DNA from: a virus
Direction: 5' to 3' (one strand)
IMG/VR virus record: IMGVR_UViG_3300027833_000021
Span: 51,065 to 115,064 of that record
Length of the DNA: 64,000 bases
Made by a program: the position numbers and the translations under genes. How positions within the stretch are numbered: the first letter of the stretch is position 1; each line of letters opens with the position of its first letter. The notes below the pieces were generated by a model that worked only from the letters and a program-made list of their open reading frames with translations, did no database searches and was not told where the DNA came from. This document shows, piece by piece, positions 37,582 through 47,270 of the stretch.

Positions 37582-37730
37582 CACGTTGTTAATTAGTAGG
37601 CAATAGGAATAAATAGATAAGTTCGTAAAATAACATTGAAAAACTTGACTTTCAATGTTCGATATGTTAATATAGATATATAATTAGTTGAATTCACTAG
37701 ATTAGATTATATTTGAAAAAATAATTTAAC

Positions 37731-37840
37731 TAGGAATTAGTCGAGGGTTTCCTATCGTTTCAAAGCGATAGCGTTGCCGTCGATATCGTGTGTTCTCTAA
37801 AAAGAACATATGCATCCGCACTGATGTAAAACTACTTTTT
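37731..37840 (+). ncRNA. Candidate multi-hairpin 5' leader RNA
   Basis: Hairpins CTATCG/CGATAG, TGTTCT/AGAACA and TGCATC/GATGTA in a locally GC-richer stretch before an AGGAG RBS. Confidence 0.4.
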
Positions 37841-37859
37841 AATATAACAGGAGTAACAT

Positions 37860-38081
37860 ATGTTAGATAAAATCTTACGCTGGGTTTCTGGCGCAACAGA
37901 GGCTGGTATTTCACTAATCGGACTTGCTATCGTACTACAAATAGTATTTGGCGGTTCTGTTCCTTTCTTAGGTGGTGACGTTATCGGTACTGTAATTGGA
38001 ATAGTTGGGCAACTTGGCTCTGCTGGTCTAGTTGGATTAATTTCTGCGGCTATTTTGTGGAAACTATTTTCAAAAGATTAA
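37860..38081 (+). CDS. Small Gly-rich membrane protein (host-like)
   Basis: AGGAG RBS; hydrophobic 73 aa, LAIVLQIVFG...GLVGLI. Confidence 0.8.
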   Translation: MLDKILRWVSGATEAGISLIGLAIVLQIVFGGSVPFLGGDVIGTVIGIVGQLGSAGLVGLISAAILWKLFSKD

Positions 38082-38222
38082 TCCTAATATACGCAACAAT
38101 TGGTATATTGAATTGAGATGCTCGAAATGAGCATTCTCAATTCTCAACGGTTTCGGTACTTCCGCAAAAAGTACCACCTTATTTTCAAATATAAATACAT
38201 CAGTTATAAAGGATTTATATAA

Positions 38223-38969
38223 ATGAAAGTACATTGCATAAGTGACACACATACTCTACATAATGAATTAGAATTGCCTGGTGGTGATATACTGATTCAT
38301 TCTGGAGACATAATGTCTAAACCTGACCCAAGTCAGTTATCCGATTTTTTAGTATGGTTCAGTCAACAGAAATATACTACAAAAATCTTTATCGCAGGAA
38401 ACCACGACCATTTATTTGAACAAAACCCAAATCTTATTAATAAAATTCTTAAACTATTTCCAGAAGTAATATACTTACAAGACACTGAGGTAACCGTAGA
38501 CGGAATAAAGATTTATGGGGCTCCTTGGATACCATCAAACCGTGAAGGAAAAGCATTCTCGTATAAAAGAACAAACGAGGCAGTTGCAAATTATCACTGG
38601 TCAAAGATACCAAACGATACAGATGTTCTGATTACTCATGGTCCAGCATATAACAAACTAGACAGAGTTATGAAACCTGTCAGAAAGGACCAAACAAAAC
38701 TTAATTTGGGTTGCCCGTATCTCGCTAATGCAATAAAAGAAGTAAATCCACAATTACATATTTGTGGGCATATACATTCAAGTCAAGGAATACTTGATAT
38801 AAGTGAACCGACGACTACGCATATCAACGCCGCTAGTCTGGGCGAGGATTACCAATATTCTAACAAAAGGAGATTTATAGAATGGGAAATTTTAAAAACC
38901 ACATCAGAGATTGGACTTCAAGGAAATGGCATAAAACTCACAATTGGAAAACAGGAACAGGCAAACTAA
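38223..38969 (+). CDS. Calcineurin-like metallophosphoesterase
   Basis: ISDTH, HSGDI, AGNHD, ITHGP and GHIH motifs; TATAAATA at 38190. Confidence 0.9.
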   Translation: MKVHCISDTHTLHNELELPGGDILIHSGDIMSKPDPSQLSDFLVWFSQQKYTTKIFIAGNHDHLFEQNPNLINKILKLFPEVIYLQDTEVTVDGIKIYGAPWIPSNREGKAFSYKRTNEAVANYHWSKIPNDTDVLITHGPAYNKLDRVMKPVRKDQTKLNLGCPYLANAIKEVNPQLHICGHIHSSQGILDISEPTTTHINAASLGEDYQYSNKRRFIEWEILKTTSEIGLQGNGIKLTIGKQEQAN

Positions 38970-39043
38970 TTAAGCGTACTCTCGCTAAAGCAGAACGTAA
39001 AAAAGTTAAGAAAGAATTACATGAACAAATGGATAAAGTATAA
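38882..39043 (+). CDS. Small basic protein overlapping both neighbours (53 aa, not in ORF track)
   Basis: AAAGGAG RBS; MGNFKNHIRDWTSRKWHKTHNWKTGTGKLIKRTLAKAERKKVKKELHEQMDKV. Confidence 0.55.
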   Translation: MGNFKNHIRDWTSRKWHKTHNWKTGTGKLIKRTLAKAERKKVKKELHEQMDKV

Positions 39044-39569
39044 AACATCACATGAAGGTGTAGGAACTTTTGTATCAGTTTGGCTAGATGAAAAAGAAGG
39101 TCTAGTCAAGCGGATATTTGATGGTGACCACTGTGGTGATGGTGTGTCAAGGCGAAAGAGTAAAGCAGATATATTGTTCAGAAATGAAATATATTGGTTA
39201 ACTCATCCAGAATTGTCTACGAGTAAATTCTTACCAGAACTTATTAGTATAGATGAAGAAACAAAAACTATAATTCAACGATATTATGGACCAAATCTGC
39301 TTGACTATTATCCTGATAACTTTCCTATAACAAACATCTCTGAACAGATACTAGAGATGTATGAATTCTTTCATAAAGTAGGTGTCAATAAAATTAATGG
39401 TGCGTTATCTAACATGTCACTCAATGGTGACCAAGTTATTGCATTTGATTTTAAATGGGCTAGACCTGCCCCTAAGGCGAATGCTAATGAACTAAAAGCA
39501 TTTAAGCAATGGCTTACAAAGATTGACCCAGAGTTAGTAGAGAAGTTAATTAAGATGAAGACTTCTTAG
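39021..39569 (+). CDS. Protein-kinase-like fold protein
   Basis: LVKR, NE helix, PELI and a degenerate catalytic loop ending SNM...AFDF. Confidence 0.45.
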   Translation: MNKWIKYKTSHEGVGTFVSVWLDEKEGLVKRIFDGDHCGDGVSRRKSKADILFRNEIYWLTHPELSTSKFLPELISIDEETKTIIQRYYGPNLLDYYPDNFPITNISEQILEMYEFFHKVGVNKINGALSNMSLNGDQVIAFDFKWARPAPKANANELKAFKQWLTKIDPELVEKLIKMKTS

Positions 39570-40921
39570 TTAATAGTATTACTTCCGTTTCTGTATTTCG
39601 TTACTAAACCACGTGGTTTTCTATCACTCCACTTTGGATGTTTCTTAAAGATTTCTTTGTACTCAGGCAACACATCAAACAGTTTAGTTCCGCCACGATG
39701 ATTATCTAGTACTTCATTATACTTAAGAAAGTTATCTCTTTCTTCATCTGTATATTCAATATCACTACTCATTGCAGTAATGTATTCTTCAAAAATTTTA
39801 GCAAAACTCATTTCACCCATGTCGGTTTTTGTATCTAATTCTATAAAAGATTGCATCGTACTATTGATACGTGCTTTATTTTTTTCTAAGTATTCTTTTC
39901 TAACTTTAGATGGTAACACATATAATGACATGTGTTTTGGTTCATAACATATATGAAATATCATAATGAGTAAACCAATATTCTTATTATAGTTTATAAG
40001 CCAGTCACATACATCTAAGTATCTTAGTGCATTGAGTGACATAAGAGTTAGGTCAATTGCAAGAGTGACCGATGTCATTTCGTTATTCAATCTCTCTATA
40101 TTGTTTTCAATAGTTTTCCATTCACTAGGATAACGAATGTAATCATTTAGTTTTCCATATCCATCTATTGATACTGCTATTTCAACTTCTCTAAACTGAT
40201 TAGTTAGAGTAATAAACCTATCTTGTATATTTGTAAGATTTGTGTTGTACTGTAACTTAACTTCATTTGCTCGTCCATCATCGATTATCTTTTGAAGTAT
40301 TTCGTAGTGTCTTTCATGTAATGTTGGTTCACCACCAACAAAATATATTAAGTTTACACTAGGTAAAATATCTTGTAACTCTTCCCAGAATCTATCATCA
40401 TTAATCCAATCGAATATTGTATCATTTGAATTAGTACCAAACATATGCAACACTGGTTTATTTGTATACTTCTTTTCTAATTTTAGATTTTCTTTTTGAA
40501 TTTGACTGCTTTGGTCAGAAGAACAAGAACGACATTTCAAGTTACATAGATTGCCTAGTCTAAGGTCTAAAAAGCCAGGATTAATTTCTAACTGACCACC
40601 ATCTTCTAAGCATTTGTCTAAGTCTATATCAGCATCAACTAGTTCAAATTCTCTGTTTGAAGTTATACGAACAGAATCTAAACCTTCGTCTTCTTCTTTC
40701 CAACATTTAGTACATACGTCTGGCTTTTCACCATTTAGTAATTGAAGTCGTAATGTCTTATAGAAATCAGAATTCCATATATCTTTTATACTGGTATCAT
40801 TTACATTACCCAGTATCTTTTCATTTTTTGATGTTAGATTACAACAGACGCCGCTTGTTCCGTTTGTTTTGACCATGAATTGGTAAAATGGATTAATACA
40901 AAATGTATTACTTTTTGACAT
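39566..40921 (-). CDS. Radical SAM protein with twitch/SPASM domain
   Basis: FCINPF...VCC...CTKC, CNLKCRSC, GGEPTLH and SIDG...YIRYP. Confidence 0.9.
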   Translation of the reverse strand: MSKSNTFCINPFYQFMVKTNGTSGVCCNLTSKNEKILGNVNDTSIKDIWNSDFYKTLRLQLLNGEKPDVCTKCWKEEDEGLDSVRITSNREFELVDADIDLDKCLEDGGQLEINPGFLDLRLGNLCNLKCRSCSSDQSSQIQKENLKLEKKYTNKPVLHMFGTNSNDTIFDWINDDRFWEELQDILPSVNLIYFVGGEPTLHERHYEILQKIIDDGRANEVKLQYNTNLTNIQDRFITLTNQFREVEIAVSIDGYGKLNDYIRYPSEWKTIENNIERLNNEMTSVTLAIDLTLMSLNALRYLDVCDWLINYNKNIGLLIMIFHICYEPKHMSLYVLPSKVRKEYLEKNKARINSTMQSFIELDTKTDMGEMSFAKIFEEYITAMSSDIEYTDEERDNFLKYNEVLDNHRGGTKLFDVLPEYKEIFKKHPKWSDRKPRGLVTKYRNGSNTIN

Positions 40922-40932
40922 GTACACAACGC

Positions 40933-41241
40933 CTATTTCTTAGGATTATTATTTACGTGTTTCGCTTTACCTTTACGATTAGCATTAGGGTCATTTGCTT
41001 TTTTTCTTTTAACTGCATTTGCAATTGCTTTTTTACCACCCTTGGCTCTTAATGATGCCGCACGTGACTTAGATAGACACTTTGGTTTACCCTCACTGTC
41101 TTTAGCATCTCCGCATTTACCTATTCTTTCACCTTTAGTATTGTAACGGTCCCAACCGCCACCACCAGCACCACCTTTTTTACCTTTGCCAAACCATGCT
41201 TTTAAATCTTCGTCTAATGTTAAGACTTCATATATTTTCAT
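40933..41241 (-). CDS. Conserved basic phage late protein
   Basis: EDLKAWFGKG...WDRY...GKCG...KPKC; start MKIYEVL. Confidence 0.7.
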   Translation of the reverse strand: MKIYEVLTLDEDLKAWFGKGKKGGAGGGGWDRYNTKGERIGKCGDAKDSEGKPKCLSKSRAASLRAKGGKKAIANAVKRKKANDPNANRKGKAKHVNNNPKK

Positions 41242-41242
41242 C

Positions 41243-41692
41243 TTACATTTCCAATGCTGTTTTAACTGTAGGCGATGCAATATCGATTGCGTATAATCCT
41301 GCCAATATCACTGATAGAATCTTTTCTAAACTTAAACCGATTATTGCAATTTGTGGCAAGATAGGTGATAATAGCATTAGAATCATAACTCCTAATCCTA
41401 TCATTCTTGGATGGGCACGAAAGAAACCAAAGAATTTTTGTAGTGTAGATTTTTCTACTGTTGGCTCTTCTCTATTCAGCATCACTTCTAGTTGAGCCAT
41501 GTAATCTTCCATCTCCTGATTCTTTTCTTCTGATGGTTCTGGCTGTTTTTTGAATTTTGCCATTGCTTTTTGAAGAATTGTTTTACTCAACTTTTCAGCA
41601 GACATAGTACCTTCAAGTAATGGCACCTGTGTCTTAGCCCATTTCTCTAATTCGTATATTACTTCTGGTTTTGCAACTTCGTTAAATCTCAT
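41243..41692 (-). CDS. Late protein with C-terminal TM segments
   Basis: Start MRFNEVA; hydrophobic C-terminal part. Confidence 0.6.
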   Translation of the reverse strand: MRFNEVAKPEVIYELEKWAKTQVPLLEGTMSAEKLSKTILQKAMAKFKKQPEPSEEKNQEMEDYMAQLEVMLNREEPTVEKSTLQKFFGFFRAHPRMIGLGVMILMLLSPILPQIAIIGLSLEKILSVILAGLYAIDIASPTVKTALEM

Positions 41693-41696
41693 AGTA

Positions 41697-42644
41697 TTAC
41701 TTCTTTGAATTGCCCCAATTCTTAGCACCCTTTTTTCTACATTGAGTTAAGGCACCACTTGCATATGCACTTGGCCAGATTTTATATCTTGCTTTGACTT
41801 TATGATAACAAGCATCTTTTTCACCAGCCGCTTCATCGAACTTTGATTCTGAAATCATAAGTGATTCATTAACTGTCACCTCTTCATCATTCATAGCAAA
41901 TACATTTCTAGCCGCCGCTTGTAGACCCTTTGGATTGCCTAAAAATCTTACTAGATATTGATGTACTTCGTCCCAAGACTTTGCTCTTTGGTGCATTTCT
42001 GGAGTGAGTACTGCTTTTGCCGCACTATCCCAATCATAAATTTTTATGTCCGAGCCATTGTACATAATACCATCTTTTTCAATGTCAATCTTTGTTATTG
42101 TATCATACTCGTCAACATAATTGATTGTGTCTTCTTCGATACTTTCATTCTTCTTTTTGATAAGACCTAGGTCGTCTAGTCTACGAACAATCATACCTCT
42201 AACATCTGCTTTAGGGTCTTTTTCTTCCATTTCAGCAATATCATCAAATAGTTCATCATCACCAAGAATACCATAAATCTTATCTTGTGCCTCATCAGCA
42301 GGTAATTCTTGTTTCATTAAGTCTTTTAGTTCTCTAACTTTTTCTGGAGTATCAGGAATTGACCATGTGCCTTCTGTTACTTTTTCTTTGTTTTCTGAAA
42401 CAGCATCCATATATTCACCAACTGCACCAGACTTTTTAAGTAAATGTTCTATTTCACTTATTGGTGAATCACTTTCGTGATAAATCCACATAGCAACTTT
42501 GTTGACTAATTCTTCATCATCGGATTCTTCTGTTACTTTTTCTTGTGCTTCGTTATATGCGTTAACACCTACATCAGTTTTATTCTGTAGATTGTCAATA
42601 AGTCTTTTCCAAGTTAAAATGTCTGTGTTATTTTTATATGCCAT
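41697..42644 (-). CDS. Acidic multi-module late protein
   Basis: C-terminal DACYHKVKARYKIWPSAYASGALTQCRKKG module; late motif at 42676-83 on the minus strand. Confidence 0.7.
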   Translation of the reverse strand: MAYKNNTDILTWKRLIDNLQNKTDVGVNAYNEAQEKVTEESDDEELVNKVAMWIYHESDSPISEIEHLLKKSGAVGEYMDAVSENKEKVTEGTWSIPDTPEKVRELKDLMKQELPADEAQDKIYGILGDDELFDDIAEMEEKDPKADVRGMIVRRLDDLGLIKKKNESIEEDTINYVDEYDTITKIDIEKDGIMYNGSDIKIYDWDSAAKAVLTPEMHQRAKSWDEVHQYLVRFLGNPKGLQAAARNVFAMNDEEVTVNESLMISESKFDEAAGEKDACYHKVKARYKIWPSAYASGALTQCRKKGAKNWGNSKK

Positions 42645-42730
42645 GATGATATCCTGTTGTATAATTCATTAAATGTATTTATCATTTTCACTTGACTTTA
42701 TATACAATAATGTGGTATAATGGTTTTACT

Positions 42731-43165
42731 ATGAATATAAAACACAAACCACAGTTCGATGTAGAAAAAATAACTGCACATTACACTAAGAAAGATGAAT
42801 ATCCAGTTCATTATGTGTGTACAACTACGTTGGATGAGAGTGATAAAGTACTAGATATTTATTACCGTGATACTCCGCATCCAGACTGGAATACTTATTA
42901 TTTCGGATTATATGAAAATGAAGACAACAGAATGATGATAGTCAAAGCGGATTCTATTGAGAAGTATAATTTTGGAATGATATCTAATGATACTACAGAA
43001 GAATGGGTATATAGTCAAAGCATACAAGATGAATCTAAGACTGACACTGGATTCATCTCTGGTGGAAGACAATATATTAGTCGTGGTGGTAATTTAGAAG
43101 CACAAGACCATATAATATGTAAAGTATTAGATGGCGAATTTATAACGGGAGATGAAATTGAGTAA
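42731..43165 (+). CDS. Conserved phage hypothetical protein
   Basis: YVCTT...DIYYRDTPHP...ISGGRQY; sigma70 promoter at 42692. Confidence 0.65.
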   Translation: MNIKHKPQFDVEKITAHYTKKDEYPVHYVCTTTLDESDKVLDIYYRDTPHPDWNTYYFGLYENEDNRMMIVKADSIEKYNFGMISNDTTEEWVYSQSIQDESKTDTGFISGGRQYISRGGNLEAQDHIICKVLDGEFITGDEIE

Positions 43166-44024
43166 TGTGATTGATAATTATTATGATAGACGCATTCACT
43201 TTGAAGAAATCATAGAGGCAGATGGAAGTACTCTGGATCCAAATCCTACAAGAAATATTGAAGTGGATATATTAGCACTTGTATTATTTTGGAATGCAAC
43301 AGGCATTGTTCCTACGTCAGAAGAAGGTGGCTCAAAGTACAACTATTGGTGTAATATTATTAGGGAACACACAAGACGTTCATTTGAATACCAATCTCCA
43401 GTTTCATCATCTCCTCAAGTTAGAGCATTTGCAAATTATAATTCTAATTCTGATATGGATTGGAATAAAGAAATAATGACTCCTAGAAAACAGGACATTG
43501 ATTACGCATCTGAGATTTTAGACTATTATAAACTTAAGTTATCTCATAGAGCATTAACAAGTGATATACCTTTTTCTGAATATGAGAACAAGTTAAGTAG
43601 TTTTGTTAATTCAGGCAGAAAGCAATTCAAGTTTGATGAATTAGGAGTGATTGCAAAATTAGAAGAAACTTATAATGTTGATTTGGTATTTGATGGCTTT
43701 ATTGAAAATTATGATTCGTTGCCACCTTCACCAGATAGTTTTGATTTTGGTATTACGAAGAAAAGCCTCGCTCTTAATTTTATAAAAAAATTAGATGTTC
43801 TTGGTAATAAAGAACAAAACATTCGATATTATTTCGAGTGTAATAAAGAATTATATTGCATGAAGTTTTCTGAAAGGAACTCTTTGTTGAATGTGTTAGA
43901 CAAAACAATTGAAGATAATAATAATGTATTGAATATATTGGGAGCAGTAAAACCAGGTTCTCTTTATGCAAATAGTAATTTCTGGTACAATACAATATAT
44001 GACGGGTGGACTCTAAAAGACTAA
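43152..44024 (+). CDS. Hypothetical protein
   Basis: 290-aa ORF within an operon. Confidence 0.6.
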   Translation: MKLSNVIDNYYDRRIHFEEIIEADGSTLDPNPTRNIEVDILALVLFWNATGIVPTSEEGGSKYNYWCNIIREHTRRSFEYQSPVSSSPQVRAFANYNSNSDMDWNKEIMTPRKQDIDYASEILDYYKLKLSHRALTSDIPFSEYENKLSSFVNSGRKQFKFDELGVIAKLEETYNVDLVFDGFIENYDSLPPSPDSFDFGITKKSLALNFIKKLDVLGNKEQNIRYYFECNKELYCMKFSERNSLLNVLDKTIEDNNNVLNILGAVKPGSLYANSNFWYNTIYDGWTLKD

Positions 44025-44025
44025 T

Positions 44026-44349
44026 ATGATTAAAGACACTGATGATGAATTAATGGTTATAACCATGGAAGAATGTGGCGAACTAATCCAAGTTTGCTCT
44101 AAAGCCATGAGAACAAAAGATTACGCTAGTGATAAACTAACTGAAGAGGTTGGTGATGTTATGTGTATGGTAGGACTACTTTTGGAACATGGACTAATTG
44201 ATGAAGACGAAGTTGAAAAACGGGTAAAAGTTAAACTTGCTAAGTTGGCAAAGTGGAGTTACTTAGTAGATGATAATGAAGAATATATGGAGATAAGAAA
44301 TGACGATAGAAGACGTAATACCAAGCGAGGTAATCGCAGTAGAAGATAA
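44026..44349 (+). CDS. MazG-like all-alpha NTP pyrophosphohydrolase
   Basis: MEECGELIQ...LTEEVGDV. Confidence 0.75.
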   Translation: MIKDTDDELMVITMEECGELIQVCSKAMRTKDYASDKLTEEVGDVMCMVGLLLEHGLIDEDEVEKRVKVKLAKLAKWSYLVDDNEEYMEIRNDDRRRNTKRGNRSRR

Positions 44350-44620
44350 GTTTGTTCGTTCAGAGTTACAAACTCAATTACAATCAGAAGTGCTTGAAGT
44401 TACCTTTACGAAAGTAAATGGTGATAAGAGAGTGATGAATTGTACTTTGATGGAAGCCATTCTGCCGACAAATATATCTGAAAATAAATCTGATAAGAAA
44501 GTCAACGAAACTATATTAAGCGTATGGGATGTTGATGCAAAAGGTTGGCGTAGTTTTCGTATGGACACAGTAACACAGGTAAGACAAATAGTTTTACAGG
44601 GTGGTGGGAATGCTACTTAA
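44300..44620 (+). CDS. Phage SH3-like/WYL_2 protein
   Basis: VTFTKVNGDKRVMNCTL...VWDVDAKGWRSFR. Confidence 0.75.
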   Translation: MTIEDVIPSEVIAVEDKFVRSELQTQLQSEVLEVTFTKVNGDKRVMNCTLMEAILPTNISENKSDKKVNETILSVWDVDAKGWRSFRMDTVTQVRQIVLQGGGNAT

Positions 44621-44936
44621 TATTTTTGATATAGGCGGAGATGTTATAAAGGACAACGAAGTCTATAAACTCAAGGATAACACTACACTAAATAACCTAG
44701 TTGTAAGTTCAACTGATATGAAACCGCACCAGAGTACAAATGGACATACACATGCTGGTCAAGAAGAAGTTTACATATTTGTACAAGGTTCAGGAACAAT
44801 GTATCTGGATAATGTGCCAGGAGATGTAAAGCGAGGCGATGTAGTTTTAATAGAAGATGGTGTACATCATAGAGTTGAATCTAATGAAGAAGGACTATAT
44901 TTTGTTTGTGTGTTTGATGGAAATAGAAATCATTAA
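44610..44936 (+). CDS. Cupin-domain protein
   Basis: HTHAGQEEVYIFVQGSG...GVHHRV. Confidence 0.85.
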   Translation: MLLNIFDIGGDVIKDNEVYKLKDNTTLNNLVVSSTDMKPHQSTNGHTHAGQEEVYIFVQGSGTMYLDNVPGDVKRGDVVLIEDGVHHRVESNEEGLYFVCVFDGNRNH

Positions 44937-45422
44937 ATGAGTAAGTTTTTAGCAATAGTAGACCCGTGGGAGAAACCACTGGAACATGATAATAGAAATT
45001 TTCCTATGTTGGCATCCGATATAGATGTACAATGTAAACTTATTCATAATCAACTATCTAGGCTGAAACCTTTATTTGACGATATCATTGTTATTACGAG
45101 TGGCATAAAGGCCCATCCTATATTTGATGAACTTCCTAATTATCCAAGCGTAATGCATGAATATATTTCATTAGATAAAAGACATGATTGGGATATGTGG
45201 TTATGCGGATTTCATTATGGCAGATGCATACATGCCAAAATAGATGAAGTAAAGAATGAATTCAATTGGAGTCCTAATCGATTTAATGTTATACAGAATC
45301 TTTCATTTTTGTTTCCAAGAGATACTAGAGAAGTGATAGTAGAGCATTATGGATGTAGCCAGACCGTACTAGATACTAAAGAATACTACTGGGATTTTGA
45401 AGAAAGGCTACATGAAGTATGA
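44937..45422 (+). CDS. Hypothetical protein (weak cysteine-hydrolase-like)
   Basis: LAIVDPW and LCGFHYGRCI. Confidence 0.4.
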   Translation: MSKFLAIVDPWEKPLEHDNRNFPMLASDIDVQCKLIHNQLSRLKPLFDDIIVITSGIKAHPIFDELPNYPSVMHEYISLDKRHDWDMWLCGFHYGRCIHAKIDEVKNEFNWSPNRFNVIQNLSFLFPRDTREVIVEHYGCSQTVLDTKEYYWDFEERLHEV

Positions 45423-46309
45423 GAAATCTCAGAATCGTTTTTAAAAATGAGCAATATGCTGATTTTGAATTTTTGGATAATTGCATTGGAGAACTGATGC
45501 ATTTTAGATTTAACAAAACACCAAAAGAAATATCACAAAAGCCAATAATACATTCTCATAGTTTTGGTAACGTACAAGAAGTTGATACAGAATTAAGAGC
45601 ATTGGTAGAAAAATGCACAAATGTATATAACATAGATATGCCTGAGATTCCTGAACAATTAGACGAGGAAACATTCAACAGAATACATGAGCAATTTCAT
45701 ACTATAGACGAACAATTTGATGACGATGATGAAGACCCAGAATTTGTAAAAACTTTAGGAGATTTGAATAATATAATACATGTATATGAGCATGTTTTCG
45801 CAAAGAATTCAAAAAGTAGTGATTATATGGTGGTAGATTTTAAATCACAACCTTCAGATAATCTTCATGTGCCTTCGTTTACGCCAGTAGATAGTAGACA
45901 TAGAGAATTATTTTTATACTCAAATCGCCACGAACATGAAACTGTAAGTCTAAGAGTTGGATATAATACTGTTGGAAAGAATATGTACCATGCGGTAGCA
46001 AATAATGATGTTGAATTAATTAAGAAAGGGTTAATACGACCACAAGTAGGTATATCTAACCAAACAGTAATAGATATAAATTTAAGAAAACCTGTCTCTG
46101 CGAAAAGTCAAAACGAGTTTTGGTTTAATTTCTTAAAAGACTTTGTAGTGAATAACAATCTACAAGAGTATATTGGATATAAAGATATTATGCACACCCA
46201 CACTATACAACCAACTTACGCAACTCTTATAGATAATGAAAATAACAGTTCACTAAACTGGACTAAATTACTTGGGATTATTGGCATCGATAGGTTTGAA
46301 TTATTATGA
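45419..46309 (+). CDS. Hypothetical protein
   Basis: 296-aa ORF. Confidence 0.6.
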   Translation: MRNLRIVFKNEQYADFEFLDNCIGELMHFRFNKTPKEISQKPIIHSHSFGNVQEVDTELRALVEKCTNVYNIDMPEIPEQLDEETFNRIHEQFHTIDEQFDDDDEDPEFVKTLGDLNNIIHVYEHVFAKNSKSSDYMVVDFKSQPSDNLHVPSFTPVDSRHRELFLYSNRHEHETVSLRVGYNTVGKNMYHAVANNDVELIKKGLIRPQVGISNQTVIDINLRKPVSAKSQNEFWFNFLKDFVVNNNLQEYIGYKDIMHTHTIQPTYATLIDNENNSSLNWTKLLGIIGIDRFELL

Positions 46310-46545
46310 TAGTTGATTGGTCAGTATCATCAATCAAAGAAGAGATTGATAGAATAAAATTTGCTGAAAACGACCCGAGAATGGACGGGTTTGTAACATG
46401 GACATGTAAGAAAGATTTATATGAAATTCTTTGGCATGTAGAAAAGACACTAAAAGAATGCAGTACATATGCAGATGAGGATAAGTTCATAGAAGAACAT
46501 GAAACCAACGAAATGTGGTCGATACTAAAAGGAGAAAAAGAATGA
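46306..46545 (+). CDS. Hypothetical phage protein
   Basis: 79-aa ORF overlapping both neighbours (ATGA). Confidence 0.6.
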   Translation: MIVDWSVSSIKEEIDRIKFAENDPRMDGFVTWTCKKDLYEILWHVEKTLKECSTYADEDKFIEEHETNEMWSILKGEKE

Positions 46546-47270
46546 TACTAGTTGTAGGATGTGGTTTCGTAGGAGAAACAGTAGCAAAGTCATTAGAACA
46601 AAACGGACAACCAGTTATTCGTATTGACCCTAAGTATAATGATAATACAATTGATATGTATACTGGCACTCCTGGACTAGGAGCAATAGTTTGTGTTCCA
46701 ACTCCTACTGTAGATGGCATTTGTGATGATAGTATGATACGAGAAGTACTTGAAGAATTAGGCGATGTTCCCGTTCTTCTCAAGTGTACTGTACCACCAA
46801 ATATGTTAGAAACGTATCCTAGTAATGTCACATACAATCCAGAATTCTTACGAGCAAAAACAGCCGAAGAAGATTTCAAAAATCAAAAGCATTTTATACT
46901 TGGTGGTTCAAGTAGAGATTGTTTTTTCTGGGAACAAAAGTTTGGATACCTTGAGAATGTAGAGTTTATCAATACTGATAGAACAACTGCAAGTATGGTC
47001 AAGTATCTACACAATACTTGGTTAGCAACTAAAGTTGCTTTCTTCCACGAGATAATGAGAAATGTAGGAGACAAATACAATCATAAAGAAATGATTGATA
47101 TCCTAGGAAAGTTCGAAAACATTGGACCTTCTCATATGATGGCACCGAATGACGATGGCGGTCTAGGTTTTGGCGGACATTGTTTTCCTAAAGACACCGA
47201 AGCATTCTTAGATTTTACTGCTAGTGAAATATTAAGAAAAGTTATTGAAGTGAATAATAACTTAAAATGA
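46542..47270 (+). CDS. UDP-glucose/GDP-mannose dehydrogenase family (N-terminal and central domains)
   Basis: GCGFVG, CVPTP, NPEFLR, KY..N..LATK and GFGGHCFPKD. Confidence 0.88.
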   Translation: MILVVGCGFVGETVAKSLEQNGQPVIRIDPKYNDNTIDMYTGTPGLGAIVCVPTPTVDGICDDSMIREVLEELGDVPVLLKCTVPPNMLETYPSNVTYNPEFLRAKTAEEDFKNQKHFILGGSSRDCFFWEQKFGYLENVEFINTDRTTASMVKYLHNTWLATKVAFFHEIMRNVGDKYNHKEMIDILGKFENIGPSHMMAPNDDGGLGFGGHCFPKDTEAFLDFTASEILRKVIEVNNNLK

